From Heterostelium pallidum (lineage: Eukaryota), in NCBI RefSeq assembly GCF_000004825.1, contig NW_008805103.1, positions 183,941-247,940 of the forward strand: DNA of 64,000 nt, in the 5' to 3' direction. A model generated the notes under the pieces. The model saw only the letters and a list, made by a program, of their open reading frames with translations. It made no database searches and was not told the origin of the DNA. This document shows, piece after piece, positions 49,501 to 60,773 of the stretch. How positions within the stretch are numbered: position 1 is the stretch's first letter; each line of letters starts with the position of its first letter. The position numbers and the translations under genes were made by a program.

Positions 49501-50676
49501 CGAAGGTTTGTTGACACCCTGACTTATAGTGATATTAAAAACTTTATCTACACATATATCTGTATTTGGATTTGTAAATTCATAGCTAATTGGTGTATAG
49601 TCAAAGTCTAAAAAACAATTTATAGGTTAGAAAATTACACAATTAGTTAATCAAAATACAACTATCAGCTACTTACTTGCAACAGGTAATTTTAATGATT
49701 GAGAAAATGTAAGATTTTCACTTTGATACTTTGCTGTTAATTGATTTACATTGATTGCTGGTAAATTTGGAAATAGAAGACTGCTACCATTCACAGTGAA
49801 TGATAGTGTTGGGTTTACCAGGTTGGTGTTGAGTATCGTTGCATTGGTTACGTTCATATAACCATCGAGAGTGGTAGCTACCGCTTCGAATGCAATCGTT
49901 GGATACTGTCGGTCGATCGTTTGAAGTTCAAATGGAATACGCTCGATACCACATACCGCTGAAACCAACTCCAGAGTGTATTGGCCGGGTAGCAAGTTAT
50001 TCGCTCTGTATTGAGTGGATGCGCTGATATTGTATTCAGGATGTCCAACCAGCACGATCGATTGATACTGATCACCGTTTCTCACGACAATGGAAGCATC
50101 TTCATTGGTGTAAGTGTATGGTGTTATATGATACGCTGGAATATTCGAGGAGATAGGTGTCATTTGGAATACTTTTTCGCATTTACCAATCGCCAGTGTA
50201 TTCCAACCGACATTGCTGACTTGCACCGGTCCATTATTATTATCGAGTAGTACGCCATTCAAATAGAATTTATCGTTGGAATTTTTCAGTCCGAGAACAC
50301 TGACCGATCCCACGGAATATCTACAGAGTGGTTGTGTCAAATTCAGCTGGACTGAGGTGTAGAGGAATTGGGTGGAGTTGGTGCAATTGTTTGAATCTGT
50401 ATATTGAATTGTGTACTGAAGATTGTCTTGGAGTTGGTAGACAACGGTGCTTACGACACCGTCGTATACTTGCGCCGCCACCGGTGTAACACTCCAATCG
50501 AGAAGATTCGTAATATTAATAGTATAGAGCGAATAGTCAGCTCCTGTCGTCGGACAATATCCACTGACAATATTTGCCACCAGACTCAAACAACCAGCAC
50601 CATTGGCAACAATATCTATTTGGCTGATCGATCCAACCAAAAAAAATATTAACGCCAACAACGATAATTGATTCAT
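46581..50676 (-). CDS. Type I transmembrane glycoprotein of unknown function (~1294 aa): signal peptide, large beta-rich N-glycosylated ectodomain, single C-terminal TM, 31-aa cytoplasmic tail; 4 exons
   Basis: Exons 50676-49689 (MNQLSLLALIFFLVGSISQ..), 49607-48873, 48813-47821, 47749-46581. Donors GTAAGT/GTAAGA/GTATGT, all in phase 1. C-terminus ..NRNLAIGLGVGIGGAAVIGAAVAYIFYRKREMSSDINSSQNFKPVSVPMETIVIPNK*. Ectodomain rich in T/S/N/Y/V/G with many N-x-S/T sites and scattered Cys. No motif I can assign to a known family; possibly Ig/IPT-like folds. Confidence 0.7.
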
Positions 50677-51773
50677 CCTCAAATCTCTTTATGGATGGAT
50701 TATATATTATATTTATTTATTGATTTATAGAAATAAATATTTATATTTATATTTATATTTTATTTATTTTAAAAAAAGTAAAAATTAATAATATTATTGT
50801 TGTTTGTTTCGATTTACACACACTGCCAAAATAATCAAAAGGTTTTGTTAACAACCAAACCAAAACAAGAGCTTGCGATTAATTCTCATAAAAATCACTT
50901 CAAAAAAGAAGTTTGTGGTCATTTCATCTTTCTTCTTCATTTAAATTTGATTGGATTTATTAATGTTTTTAAAACTGTTAAATATTTTTGGTTTTTTTTT
51001 GTAAATTATTTAAACTCAAAAAAAAGATTTTTTTTTTGTTTATTATTTTAAAAAGGTTCGTTGAATTCTGAAAAAATATCTAAAAATATTGGTAAAAAAC
51101 TATTTATTTTAAATTTTGATTTTTTTTTTAAGAATCTTTAAATTTATCGCATTGAAAAAAATAATGCGATAAATTATATAACATTAAAGTAGTATTTATT
51201 GATATTTGTTTATCATCTCATCAAGACTTTTTTTCATTGTGCATAAAATCAAGTTTTAACTTAGATTTATTATAAACACTGCTGCACAATAATCCAATGG
51301 TGTCATCTTGATGGTTTTTTTTTTACTGTTTTGCAATAAATGGATGATTCAACATTATTGTTGTCCATTTAAAATTAACATTGACGAACGAAAAAAAAAA
51401 AAAATCAAAACTCTGCAAAGGGATTTCGAATCAAAAATAACTACTAATTTAAAAAAATTGGGATGGAACAAATGCATTAAAGCCGATGCATCTCCATTGA
51501 ATTTAATAATTTTTTTTGTTTTTCTCACTTTCATGTGATAGTATGCCATCCCGACGACAAATAAATTAAAACATAATGAATACATTGAATATGGACATCC
51601 ATTTTTTTTTTTTTTGTTTAAAAATGTATTTTTTTTAAATTTCTTTAATTTCATTTTTGGAAAATTCATTTGATTCGTTTGACACTCTTTTTTGTTTTTT
51701 AAACAGGTGAACTAACTGACTTAGTAGAGATCTTAATCTGAAAAATAATTATTAATAATAATAATAAGAAAGA

Positions 51774-54395
51774 ATGAATAGTAATAACCATTTCTTTAGT
51801 AGTAATAATAATAACTTGGCTAAATCAGCTGAGATACCTGTTTCTGATTATTCATTCAATCAGATTCACGAAAATGATGAAGCAAACATTGTCATTGTAA
51901 GTTGATTTATTATACCTCAAAACAAAAATGAAGATATATATATTGACAATTGTATCAATCTATCAATATTATTTGTTTAGTTAAATGAACCTTCACTTGC
52001 ACAATGGATGGGATCTATTCATCCAAATGGTTCGCTATACGAAGAACCACTCGATCTTTCAAAGGCACAAGAGGAACACAGAAAATTCAGAAAGTTGCTC
52101 GAAGACGAAGGATGTACTGTTAAGACTGTTAGAGAGATTCTTACTTCTGTAAGTAATTTGTGATAGATGAGATAGATGAGATGATAGATGTTTTTCATTA
52201 AGTAGTATTGACAAGTATATTTTTAAACTTTTTTTTTTTAGGAAACAGGTGACATTGCAAAAAGAGTAAGATTAGAAGAGTTTGCTTTCAAATGTATCAA
52301 ATACGAGTTGGATACCAATCAAAAGAAAGAGGAATTGGGTGCAAAAGATCAATTGTTACTCTCTGACGACTACAAACGTAAATGTATTGACTCTATGAGT
52401 GTTGAGCAATTGGTAGAGGTAATCCTTACAAGACCAACCATTAAATTAAGAAAATCCGAAAGAGATACAGAGCTATTGGCAACTGAATATTCATTGTATG
52501 TAGCGGATAGCTATTTTTAATATTTGACATATGTTTAATTTAATTGACTCTATTTTCTTTTCAATAATAGCCATCCATTGGTAAATTTAGTTTTCCAAAG
52601 AGATCAACAAATTACTACGGCAAAGGGAATTGTTATGGCGAGTTTGAGTTCACCTATTCGTGCACCAGAGGTAGAGTTGATGCGTTTGTGCTTTGATATT
52701 CTGGGATTGCCGGTGGTCGGTGAGATTCCAGCGCCTGGAAAGTTGGAGGGTGGTGATTTCTATCCATCGGGATCGGATCTTTGTTTTATTGGTGTTGGAT
52801 TGCGTTCGAATTTCGCAGCGGTCGACTATCTCATGCGAAACGACTTGTTTGGAACGAACCGTGTCGCCGTCGTCAAAGACTACTTTGATTTGCATCAGCA
52901 GCGTATGCATTTGGATACCGTTTGCAACATTATCAATGAGCGAACCATGTTGATTCTCGAAGATATCTGTGGAGAGGAGTCACCGATTCGTCGTTTGGTC
53001 GACGAGTATCGTCGCGATCCCGCAACCGGTCGCTACGAGTTGGTGCGTCACGACATTGAGTTCTCAAAGTATCTCGTTGAGCAGGGTTACGAGCTGCTGA
53101 AAGTGACCAACCAGAATCAAATGGACTATGGTTGCAACGGTCTCAATATCGGCAAGGGAAAGTTCATTGTCGTCGACCAGGCAACTGCCAAGACCATCGC
53201 ACGAAAGATGAAATCCACTGTCAAACTGTTGTTTGTTGACTTTAGAACTGTTACTAAAATGTATGGATCAGTTCACTGTTGTTCACAAGTCGTCAGTAGG
53301 CGCACTTCCCATGTGACCAATGCACAACATGGAGCATCGCCAACTCTTGTGCCATCAACTGACAGCAGTTGTACCAAACCAAACAACAACATCAACAACA
53401 ACAAAGTATGTAGTCAGAGCTCGAATAAAGTGCTTATGGTTTCTCCTACCTACTTTGTAAAAGCTAGAATCGGTAGTGAGTTGGTGAATGCGTCGGTTAT
53501 CCGTGAGACAAGAACCAAAGTGTTGCACGACTACTCTGCATTGCACCGTGAGCTGAGGAAGCACAATGTCGATGTACATCTGTTCTGTCACGAACCACAT
53601 CACAACACCGATCAAGCTGTGTTTGTATCGGAGTGGTTCTCTACTCACTCGGCTGAGGAGGTCGGCGAGAAGACACTCGTACTCTACCCAATGGCGGATC
53701 CATCGCGTCGTGACGAGAGAAGAACCGATATTCTCTCGAATGGATTCTCTGGATACACAAGAGTGGTCGATTTCACAGGAATGGAGAACGGTGCTTCCAC
53801 TTATCGACTTACCACCATTGCCGAGTTGGTAGGTGATTCCAACAATGACACGCAGCTGAAGTCGCCAACCTTGGGATTGTCAATCAGTCAAGCCGCTAGA
53901 GAAGGACAGTACTTGGATTTCGCAGGATTGGTATTGGATCGTGTCAACAAGGTTGTCTATTGCGCCGTCGATGAGGAGCGCTATCATAGCAACGTCATTG
54001 AGCAGTGGGCAAAGGTGATGAAATACACACTCGTCAAGGTCAAGTCACAAGGTTACTCTGCGAGTATGTTCCTTTTCATTGGATCGTCGATTGTCTTGTT
54101 TTGTCGTGATGCGCTATCTGCCGAAGATGCTGCACTCGTCGAGAAACAACTCGGTAACAGCAGACCGATTCTCTATCTCACCAAACAACAAATGGAAAAC
54201 AGTTGTTCCAAGGTAATTGAGATCGGTGGATGCGACAAACCCGCACTTATCATCAGTCAAGCATGCTTCAATCAACTCGATACCAAACAGATCGAGCTAT
54301 TGAACAACACCTATGAAATCAATCAAATCGATATGTCATCGATTGAATCTCTAGGTGGTACAGGTATTCATGGTATGGTTGGTGGTTTATTCTAA
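51774..54395 (+). CDS. Bi-domain guanidino-group-modifying enzyme: arginine-deiminase-like N-terminal domain fused to a DDAH/amidinotransferase-like C-terminal domain, 4 exons, ~789 aa
   Basis: Exons 51774-51896, 51981-52148, 52242-52495, 52571-54395. Domain 1 has ADI hallmarks: ..EEHRKFRKLLEDEGCTV.., FHPLVNLVFQRD (compare HPMPNLYFTRD), LEGGDF, and a C-terminal catalytic-Cys motif GSVHCCSQVV (compare GGGxHCMT). After an N/S-rich linker, domain 2 (..HNTDQAVFVSEWFSTHS..TLVLYPMADPSRRDERRTDIL..) resembles DDAH (..LPDCVFVEDVAVV..TALITRPGAPSRRKEVDMM..) and ends ..KVIEIGGCDKP... Confidence 0.7.
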
Positions 54396-54551
54396 AACAC
54401 AAACAACATCAACAAAACAACAACAACAACAATAACAAAGACGACAACAACAACAACAACTTCTTAATCTTCTTAAAATAAAGTATAATTATTAATTTTA
54501 GTTATTTACAAATAAGTTAACATAACATATCTTTTGTGTGTTAACTACTTT

Positions 54552-55994
54552 TTATTTATTATGTTTAAGTATATATTGTTTTAATTGATTTATATCTAAT
54601 GACATTTCAAAACGATTTAGATTGTTTGAAGATTGTTGTTCTAGCAGTTTTCTTGTTGGTTCAAATTGTTGTTCAACCGATTGTTTACTGTTGATTGCTC
54701 GATCAACTGTTTCACTGAATTTAGCTGGGTGTGCTGTTGACAGACAGATCAAAACGTGATCGTTACTGTTTTGATTGTAGTGAGAGTAGTTTGTTAGTCC
54801 ATGGTGTTTGGCAGCTGCCAATCCTATTGCTGTATGTGGATCGAGTGTGTAGTTTAGTGTTTGATGGTAACTGGCGATGGTCTCTACGATCTCTTGTTGA
54901 CCGACATGTGCAGAGAGGAATCGATCGGCTTTAGTTTGATCGAGTTGCTCTTGATTGATAGTCGCTGTGCCTTGTGAGTTGAATTCATTCATAAACTTGA
55001 CGAGTCTATCGGAATCCTCGTTAAAGAGGTAGTAGAGATATCGCTCAAAGTTGCTGGCTACGTTGATATCCATTGCCGGCGCAACGGTAGGAACTACGGA
55101 CGCTGGCTTTACATATCTACCTTCCCTAAAGAATCGATCGAGAATATCGTTGTCGTTGGTCGACACAATGAGATTGTCGACTGGCAATCCCATCTTACTC
55201 GCATAGAAACCCGCCAAGATATCGCCAAAGTTGCCGGTTGGCACAGAGAAGGTGACGCTCTTTGCACCCGATTGGAAGTAAGCGTGGAAATAGTAAACCA
55301 TTTGAGCGAGAATACGTGCCCAATTGATGGAATTCACTACACCCAGCCGCTGTGAGTGTTTAAACGCTTGGTCGTTCATCAGCGTCTTTACAAGCGATTG
55401 ACAATCGTCAAAGTTGGAATTGGTCACCGCGATAGGATGAATGTTATCATCGTTGACAGTTACCATCTGTAGCTCTTGAACAGCGGAGATTCTTCCCTTT
55501 GGATAGAGCACAAACAGCGAGAGGTTTTGACGCGCGCGCAAACCGGCAATCGCTGCGCTTCCGGTGTCGCCAGAGGTGGCGGCGACGACGGTCATCGGCT
55601 CGCTCAGTACATACTCAAAGAGATTGCCTAACAGCTGTAGAGCGACGTCTTTAAAGCTAAAGGTAGGACCGTGAAATAGCTCTAGGACCAGAGTGTTTCC
55701 CGACGGTGACAGTCGGTGTAGCGGAGTTATCTTGGTGTCGGAGAATGTCGAGTAGGCGCGCTCGATGAGAGCTTTGAGATCGGCAGCTGGTATATCGGAA
55801 CGATCGATATACAGCGACAGTATCTCAAACGATAGCTCTTGGAATGACTTGTTTCTCCAACTCTCGAGAGTCTCTGACGATAGCTTTGGAATGCTCTGAG
55901 GAATCAGCAGACCACCGTCATCTGCCAGACCCATCTTAACAGCATCTACAAATGTTAAACCATTTATCTTTCCTCTTGTACTTTTATATTTCAT
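54552..55994 (-). CDS. Threonine synthase (PLP-dependent, fold type II), single exon, 480 aa
   Basis: N-terminus MKYKSTRGKINGLTFVDAVKMGLADDGGLLIPQSIP matches the eukaryotic/yeast THR4-type N-terminus. PLP-lysine motif PTFSFKDVALQ. Uninterrupted minus-strand ORF. Confidence 0.9.
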   Translation of the reverse strand: MKYKSTRGKINGLTFVDAVKMGLADDGGLLIPQSIPKLSSETLESWRNKSFQELSFEILSLYIDRSDIPAADLKALIERAYSTFSDTKITPLHRLSPSGNTLVLELFHGPTFSFKDVALQLLGNLFEYVLSEPMTVVAATSGDTGSAAIAGLRARQNLSLFVLYPKGRISAVQELQMVTVNDDNIHPIAVTNSNFDDCQSLVKTLMNDQAFKHSQRLGVVNSINWARILAQMVYYFHAYFQSGAKSVTFSVPTGNFGDILAGFYASKMGLPVDNLIVSTNDNDILDRFFREGRYVKPASVVPTVAPAMDINVASNFERYLYYLFNEDSDRLVKFMNEFNSQGTATINQEQLDQTKADRFLSAHVGQQEIVETIASYHQTLNYTLDPHTAIGLAAAKHHGLTNYSHYNQNSNDHVLICLSTAHPAKFSETVDRAINSKQSVEQQFEPTRKLLEQQSSNNLNRFEMSLDINQLKQYILKHNK

Positions 55995-56627
55995 TTTATT
56001 TTATTTTATTTTTATTACTTTTATTTATTTTAATTTTAATTAAACGCATTGGCGATGAAAAAAAATATTTTTTTTAAAATTCATATCATGATTATTTTTT
56101 TTAACAAACAACACATAAAAAAGTAGTAAAAGTGTTTGAATATACATTGGTCATCAAACAATCAATTTTGAATTAAAAAATTGCACTACACACGGTTTTT
56201 TCAATTTAAAATTATATTTAAAAATAATTATTTTATTTCTGTACTTTTACTTTTTATGTAAGAATATGTTATAGTTTTAAAACAAATTATCAAATCTGAA
56301 GAATAAAATTTAACACATTTTTGGAAAACCAACTTTGATATCTTATTTTTATGATGTTCTTTTTTTCCACCTGTCATTGAATGGAATTAAACATAAATTT
56401 ATGTTTAGAGTTACACGCAGAGTTTTGATTGCATTTTTTTATCTAGATTTTTTAAAGTTTTATAAAAATCTTTGGTCCAAAAATAGTTCTTTTACAAAAA
56501 ATTTCCAAAACAGCAGTTTTCTTCGAAAGCTAAATTTTTTTTTTCTTTTTCATGAATGGTCAAACCTTCTCATTTTCTTATCCAAACTACCAATTCTAAA
56601 TATTTCTTTATAACACAATAATTATAA

Positions 56628-59251
56628 ATGAGTGTAGATTTAAACAAAGTTATAAATACAATCAAAGAAAGAGAATTAGATAAAGTAATAGAGTTGTACA
56701 AAGATAGAAATGAATTGATTAATGATCTATTCAGTGTTTTAAATTCAAATTTCACTCAAAAAAATGTATGTATCTCATCTTTATGTTAAGGTATAATCTT
56801 TCTGTTATTTAATATATTTTTAAAATAACAGATTGTTGAGGATTGTTTCTTCATTTTGAATGAAATGATATCAAACACGATTTGGAATGATCTAACATTG
56901 ACAACAAAGATTGAATTACAATCAAAATCATTGGATCTTCTTGAATTGGAATGTAATCATCTCAACACAATCACAATTGAATTCATTAACTACCTTTATC
57001 ACAATCATAATCATGAAATCAGTAAATATATAAATAATAAATACTCTATTGTTGCAATGAATAATATGCAGCAATACTCGAAATGCTAATATTAACTAAA
57101 CTAATCAACAAATACCTTATTATTTATTATTTATAATAGATGAATATCAAAGTATATTACAATCAATATCAAAAAGATATATCAAACATAACAATACTGA
57201 ATTTAGATTCACATGTTTGGAATTGATTTGTTTGATTTTAAAATCAAAAGTATCAACTGAAGAAATCAATGAATTCGAATCATCACTTTCAAATTTGATC
57301 ACAATCAGCTTTGAACAACCCAATGACAATACATTGTATTTTATCAAACATTTCGAAATAATCAAACCAAATTTTCCTGATTTACGTATAGAAAATGAAA
57401 CAATTACGACCTATCTTAACAATGTAAGTTTTTAAACCTTGAAAATAGATATCTAGATAAATATTAAAAGCTCGACAATTATTGTACAAATCTATAGAGA
57501 TTTGATGATTATATCATGAGTGAATCATACAACACAACAGTTTTCTCGAATTTCTTTGAAGAAATATTTGAATTATCAGATTCAAATAAATTGGATGATC
57601 GTAAGTTTATCTTAGTCTTATTCCTTTCAAAAGATAATTAATATACTAATAACTTACTTTCCTTATTATTTTACAATATAATTGAATAGGTATCGCTCTT
57701 GTTTTATTGAGTAATCTAATATCTGCTACCGAAGACGAAGATGTTCAAATTGAAGAAGAATTCAAAGATAAATACTTGCATTTCATTTTCAAACAATTTT
57801 TTAAAATAGATGATACACAAGTTCAAAGATGGGATGATCAAGTAAGTATAAAAATTTTTGTTAAATATAATTTTGTATTATTTAACTTTTAATATTATTT
57901 AATATTTTAGAAACAAGTGTGTAGTTCCTCAGGCTTTCCAATTCTATGTTTAAATTCAATAGCTTTTACATACGACAAGCTTTTATATCAAAGATTCAAG
58001 GAGTTAAAAGATCAAGTCATTCAAACTGGAGATTGGAAACAGTTATGTGGATTATCAACTATAGCTAGCGTGACACTTAAAGATTATATCGATGAATATA
58101 CTTATATTGGGTAAAGTGATATATTTTTGGAAAAAGAAATACTCTCTTACTAATTAATTAAAAAAATTTCAAGTGTTTATAAATGGATTTCTGAATACTT
58201 TGTTCATCCAGAACCATATGTAAGAGCAAACTATATCGAATTAGCTGTAGCTTTGATCGAACAATGTGAACCAACAGTTGAAGAAACCATTACTTTATTG
58301 GATAATGTGTTGAGTTTGAATGATAGTCATCCACCTGTCCAAAGAGGAATATTTAAATTAATCAACACAATGATTGCATTGGAAAATTCAAAATTCAAAG
58401 AAAAGATCGATCGAGTTTTAGAGTACTGCTCGAAATATATGAATATCGAACAACCAAATGATATTATAGAAGGTGTTGTTGGTTTAATAGGTGGCATCTG
58501 TGGCTCCATGTTTGAAAGTATTTCAAAATATGCCAATAGTTATCTTTCATTCATGATGTCAATCATAAAGAGTGATAGATTCAATCCACACAGTCACATG
58601 TTTGGTATAGTTCTTGAAGCAATAAGTGTTATCATTTTAGAATCTCACGGCTCGGTCGATGTTGGTTTCAAACATTCATTTGAAACCATTGAGATTATCA
58701 AGAGAAACATGCCACCTCATACCGATGAGACATCGGGTAACTACGCCAGATCTTTGGTTCGATTTGTCCAAGCATTGAAAGCGAAATTCCAACCACATTA
58801 TGAATTCCTCATTCACTACCTTATCAATACTCTCGATTTCCAATGGGATGAAATCAAGCAAATCTCGCAGGATGAACTAGATTCTCGTCATGAGACCATT
58901 GGGTTGACAATTGCATTGATTCCCCTGCTTACATCCGAACAACAACCATCAATCCAACCATACATCGGACAACTTATAACCCAGCTTTACAAAATGATCG
59001 ACTTTGGATCAGTAATAATCAAAGAAGATTCAGTTCGTTTACTTTCACTTTTATTTGAAACTACAATTACACACTATCAACTCACTAATCTCAATAACAA
59101 ATCCAACACAAACAACAAACATATCGAAACACTTCGTCAATCGATCATAAGTAGACTCCAACAATCGATTGATATGGAAGAGGACGAAGATGTTTTAGAA
59201 ATCAAAGAAGAGGAACTTGAAAATATTAGTAAACTATTAATTAAAAATTAA
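56628..59251 (+). CDS. Multi-exon alpha-helical (HEAT/ARM-repeat-like) protein of unknown function
   Basis: At least 8 coding exons linked by GTATGT/GTAAAT/GTAAGT donors. First exon 56628-56765 (MSVDLNKVINTIKERELDKVIELYKDRNELINDLFSVLNSNFTQKN). Exons follow at ~56832-56999, ~57141-57423, ~57494-57600, ~57690-57842, ~57910-58114. Last large exon ~58170-59251 (..WISEYFVHPEPYVRANYIELAVALIEQCEPTVEE..LENISKLLIKN*). Helical-repeat character and leucine periodicity. No catalytic motif seen. Confidence 0.6.
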
Positions 59252-59479
59252 ATCAAATTAGGTAACTAAATTATGAAAAAAAAAACAGAAACATTGCTAA
59301 AAACAAACTTTTCGACCAATAAAATAACAAATATTTAAACATATAATTTTTATTTAATTTCTTTTTGAGAATAATATTTTTAATTTTGTTCTTTAAAGAT
59401 TTGAGTCAAAGGGGATGTTTAATATATCCTTAGCAATTATCATCAAAATCTATATATTCAATTCCTAATTTAATTTGGA

Positions 59480-59935
59480 TCAGATTATAATACCGAGAGC
59501 AAATTTCCTACATGTTTTTATCAAAGCAGTAAAGAATTTAATATTATTTATCTTTTTGTAAAATTTAAGAAGAAACATGCCACTCATAACAACCCAGCTA
59601 TGAATAACTACTCAAGATCTTTAGTTCAATTTGTTCAATCACTTAAATCGCAATTCACTCTCTTATCAATTTTCTCGATTTCCAATCATATGAAATCAAG
59701 AAAATCTCAGTAGATTCAGTAGGTTGTCCACATGGTGAGGCAGTTCATTAGGTATTTTCATTAATTTCAATACTCTCCAGCGAAGAACATCCATCGACCT
59801 ATCCTTATATCGGTCAATTCATACCTCAACTTTTCAAACTACTCGACTGTGATTCCGCAGTAATCAAACAGGAATCAGCTCTTTTACTTTAACTTCTATT
59901 TTCAAAGAAAATGGAATTTAATCAAACATATTCTT
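59480..59935 (+). pseudogene. Degenerate partial duplicate of the 3' end of the preceding gene (copy of ~58690-59065)
   Basis: 59566-59935 aligns with 58693-59065 at roughly 70 percent identity by eye. Examples: aagaagaaacatgccactcata.. against aagagaaacatgccacctcata..; ..ctcgatttccaatcatatgaaatcaagaaaatctc.. against ..ctcgatttccaatgggatgaaatcaagcaaatctc..; ..ccatc..tatatcggtcaattcatacctcaac.. against ..ccatacatcggacaacttataacccag... It carries a ~25-nt deletion and an in-frame TAG, so it is non-coding. Confidence 0.55.
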
Positions 59936-60773
59936 AAATGAAAATACACATGTTTTAGATTCATAAAAAATTAAAAATAGAAACAATAAGCTTACGACCT
60001 ATGTCCATTGTATTGTTATTATTATACTATAATGTTTGTTAGTTTGGTTTAATTTGTTGGTATGACTGTATAGTGATCTTCAACAACTTTAATTAATTGG
60101 CAATAATTAATTCAAAACGAGACCTTTTGTATAAAAATTTAAGTTGTAAACCAAACTATATAGTTTTGTTTTTATTGATTGTGCTTATTATGACCTAAAA
60201 TTCTTTACAATGATTAAACAAATTTTTAGTTACTCTAAACATATAATGAATCTAAACGAGCACTTTTTCAATCAAAAAAAGTGGGATAAAGAGCTGGTTC
60301 TTTTTCCTTTTAAAAAAATTGTTGATCAAAATTAATGATATGATAAAATAATAAAAAAAGATTTACCCAGTACATATAAGAGAAAAACTGATATGTGGAT
60401 ATTTAGTTTACTCCTTTGAATCAATTAACAATACCCCACCACATTTTCAAATACAAGTATAACTCAGTACTTTGAATTCTATTTTAATGATAAATTTGTA
60501 TTTTAGAACGAGCATTGATTGCTTGTGAACAACTATGAAAATCGAGTTTATATATAATTGGTGTCACAGGAGATGTAAAACAAACAAAAAATGTTTAAAT
60601 AAGCGTTAATATTATAATAATGAAAGATTATACTCTATTAGATTGATCAAAAACATAATAATTAGGATATTAAAAATTATTAACAATTAACATTTAATCA
60701 ATTATTTACTTAAAGTGAAATAATATTGTTTTTTGATATTATTTTATTATATTTGGTTTTGCAACATGAATAT

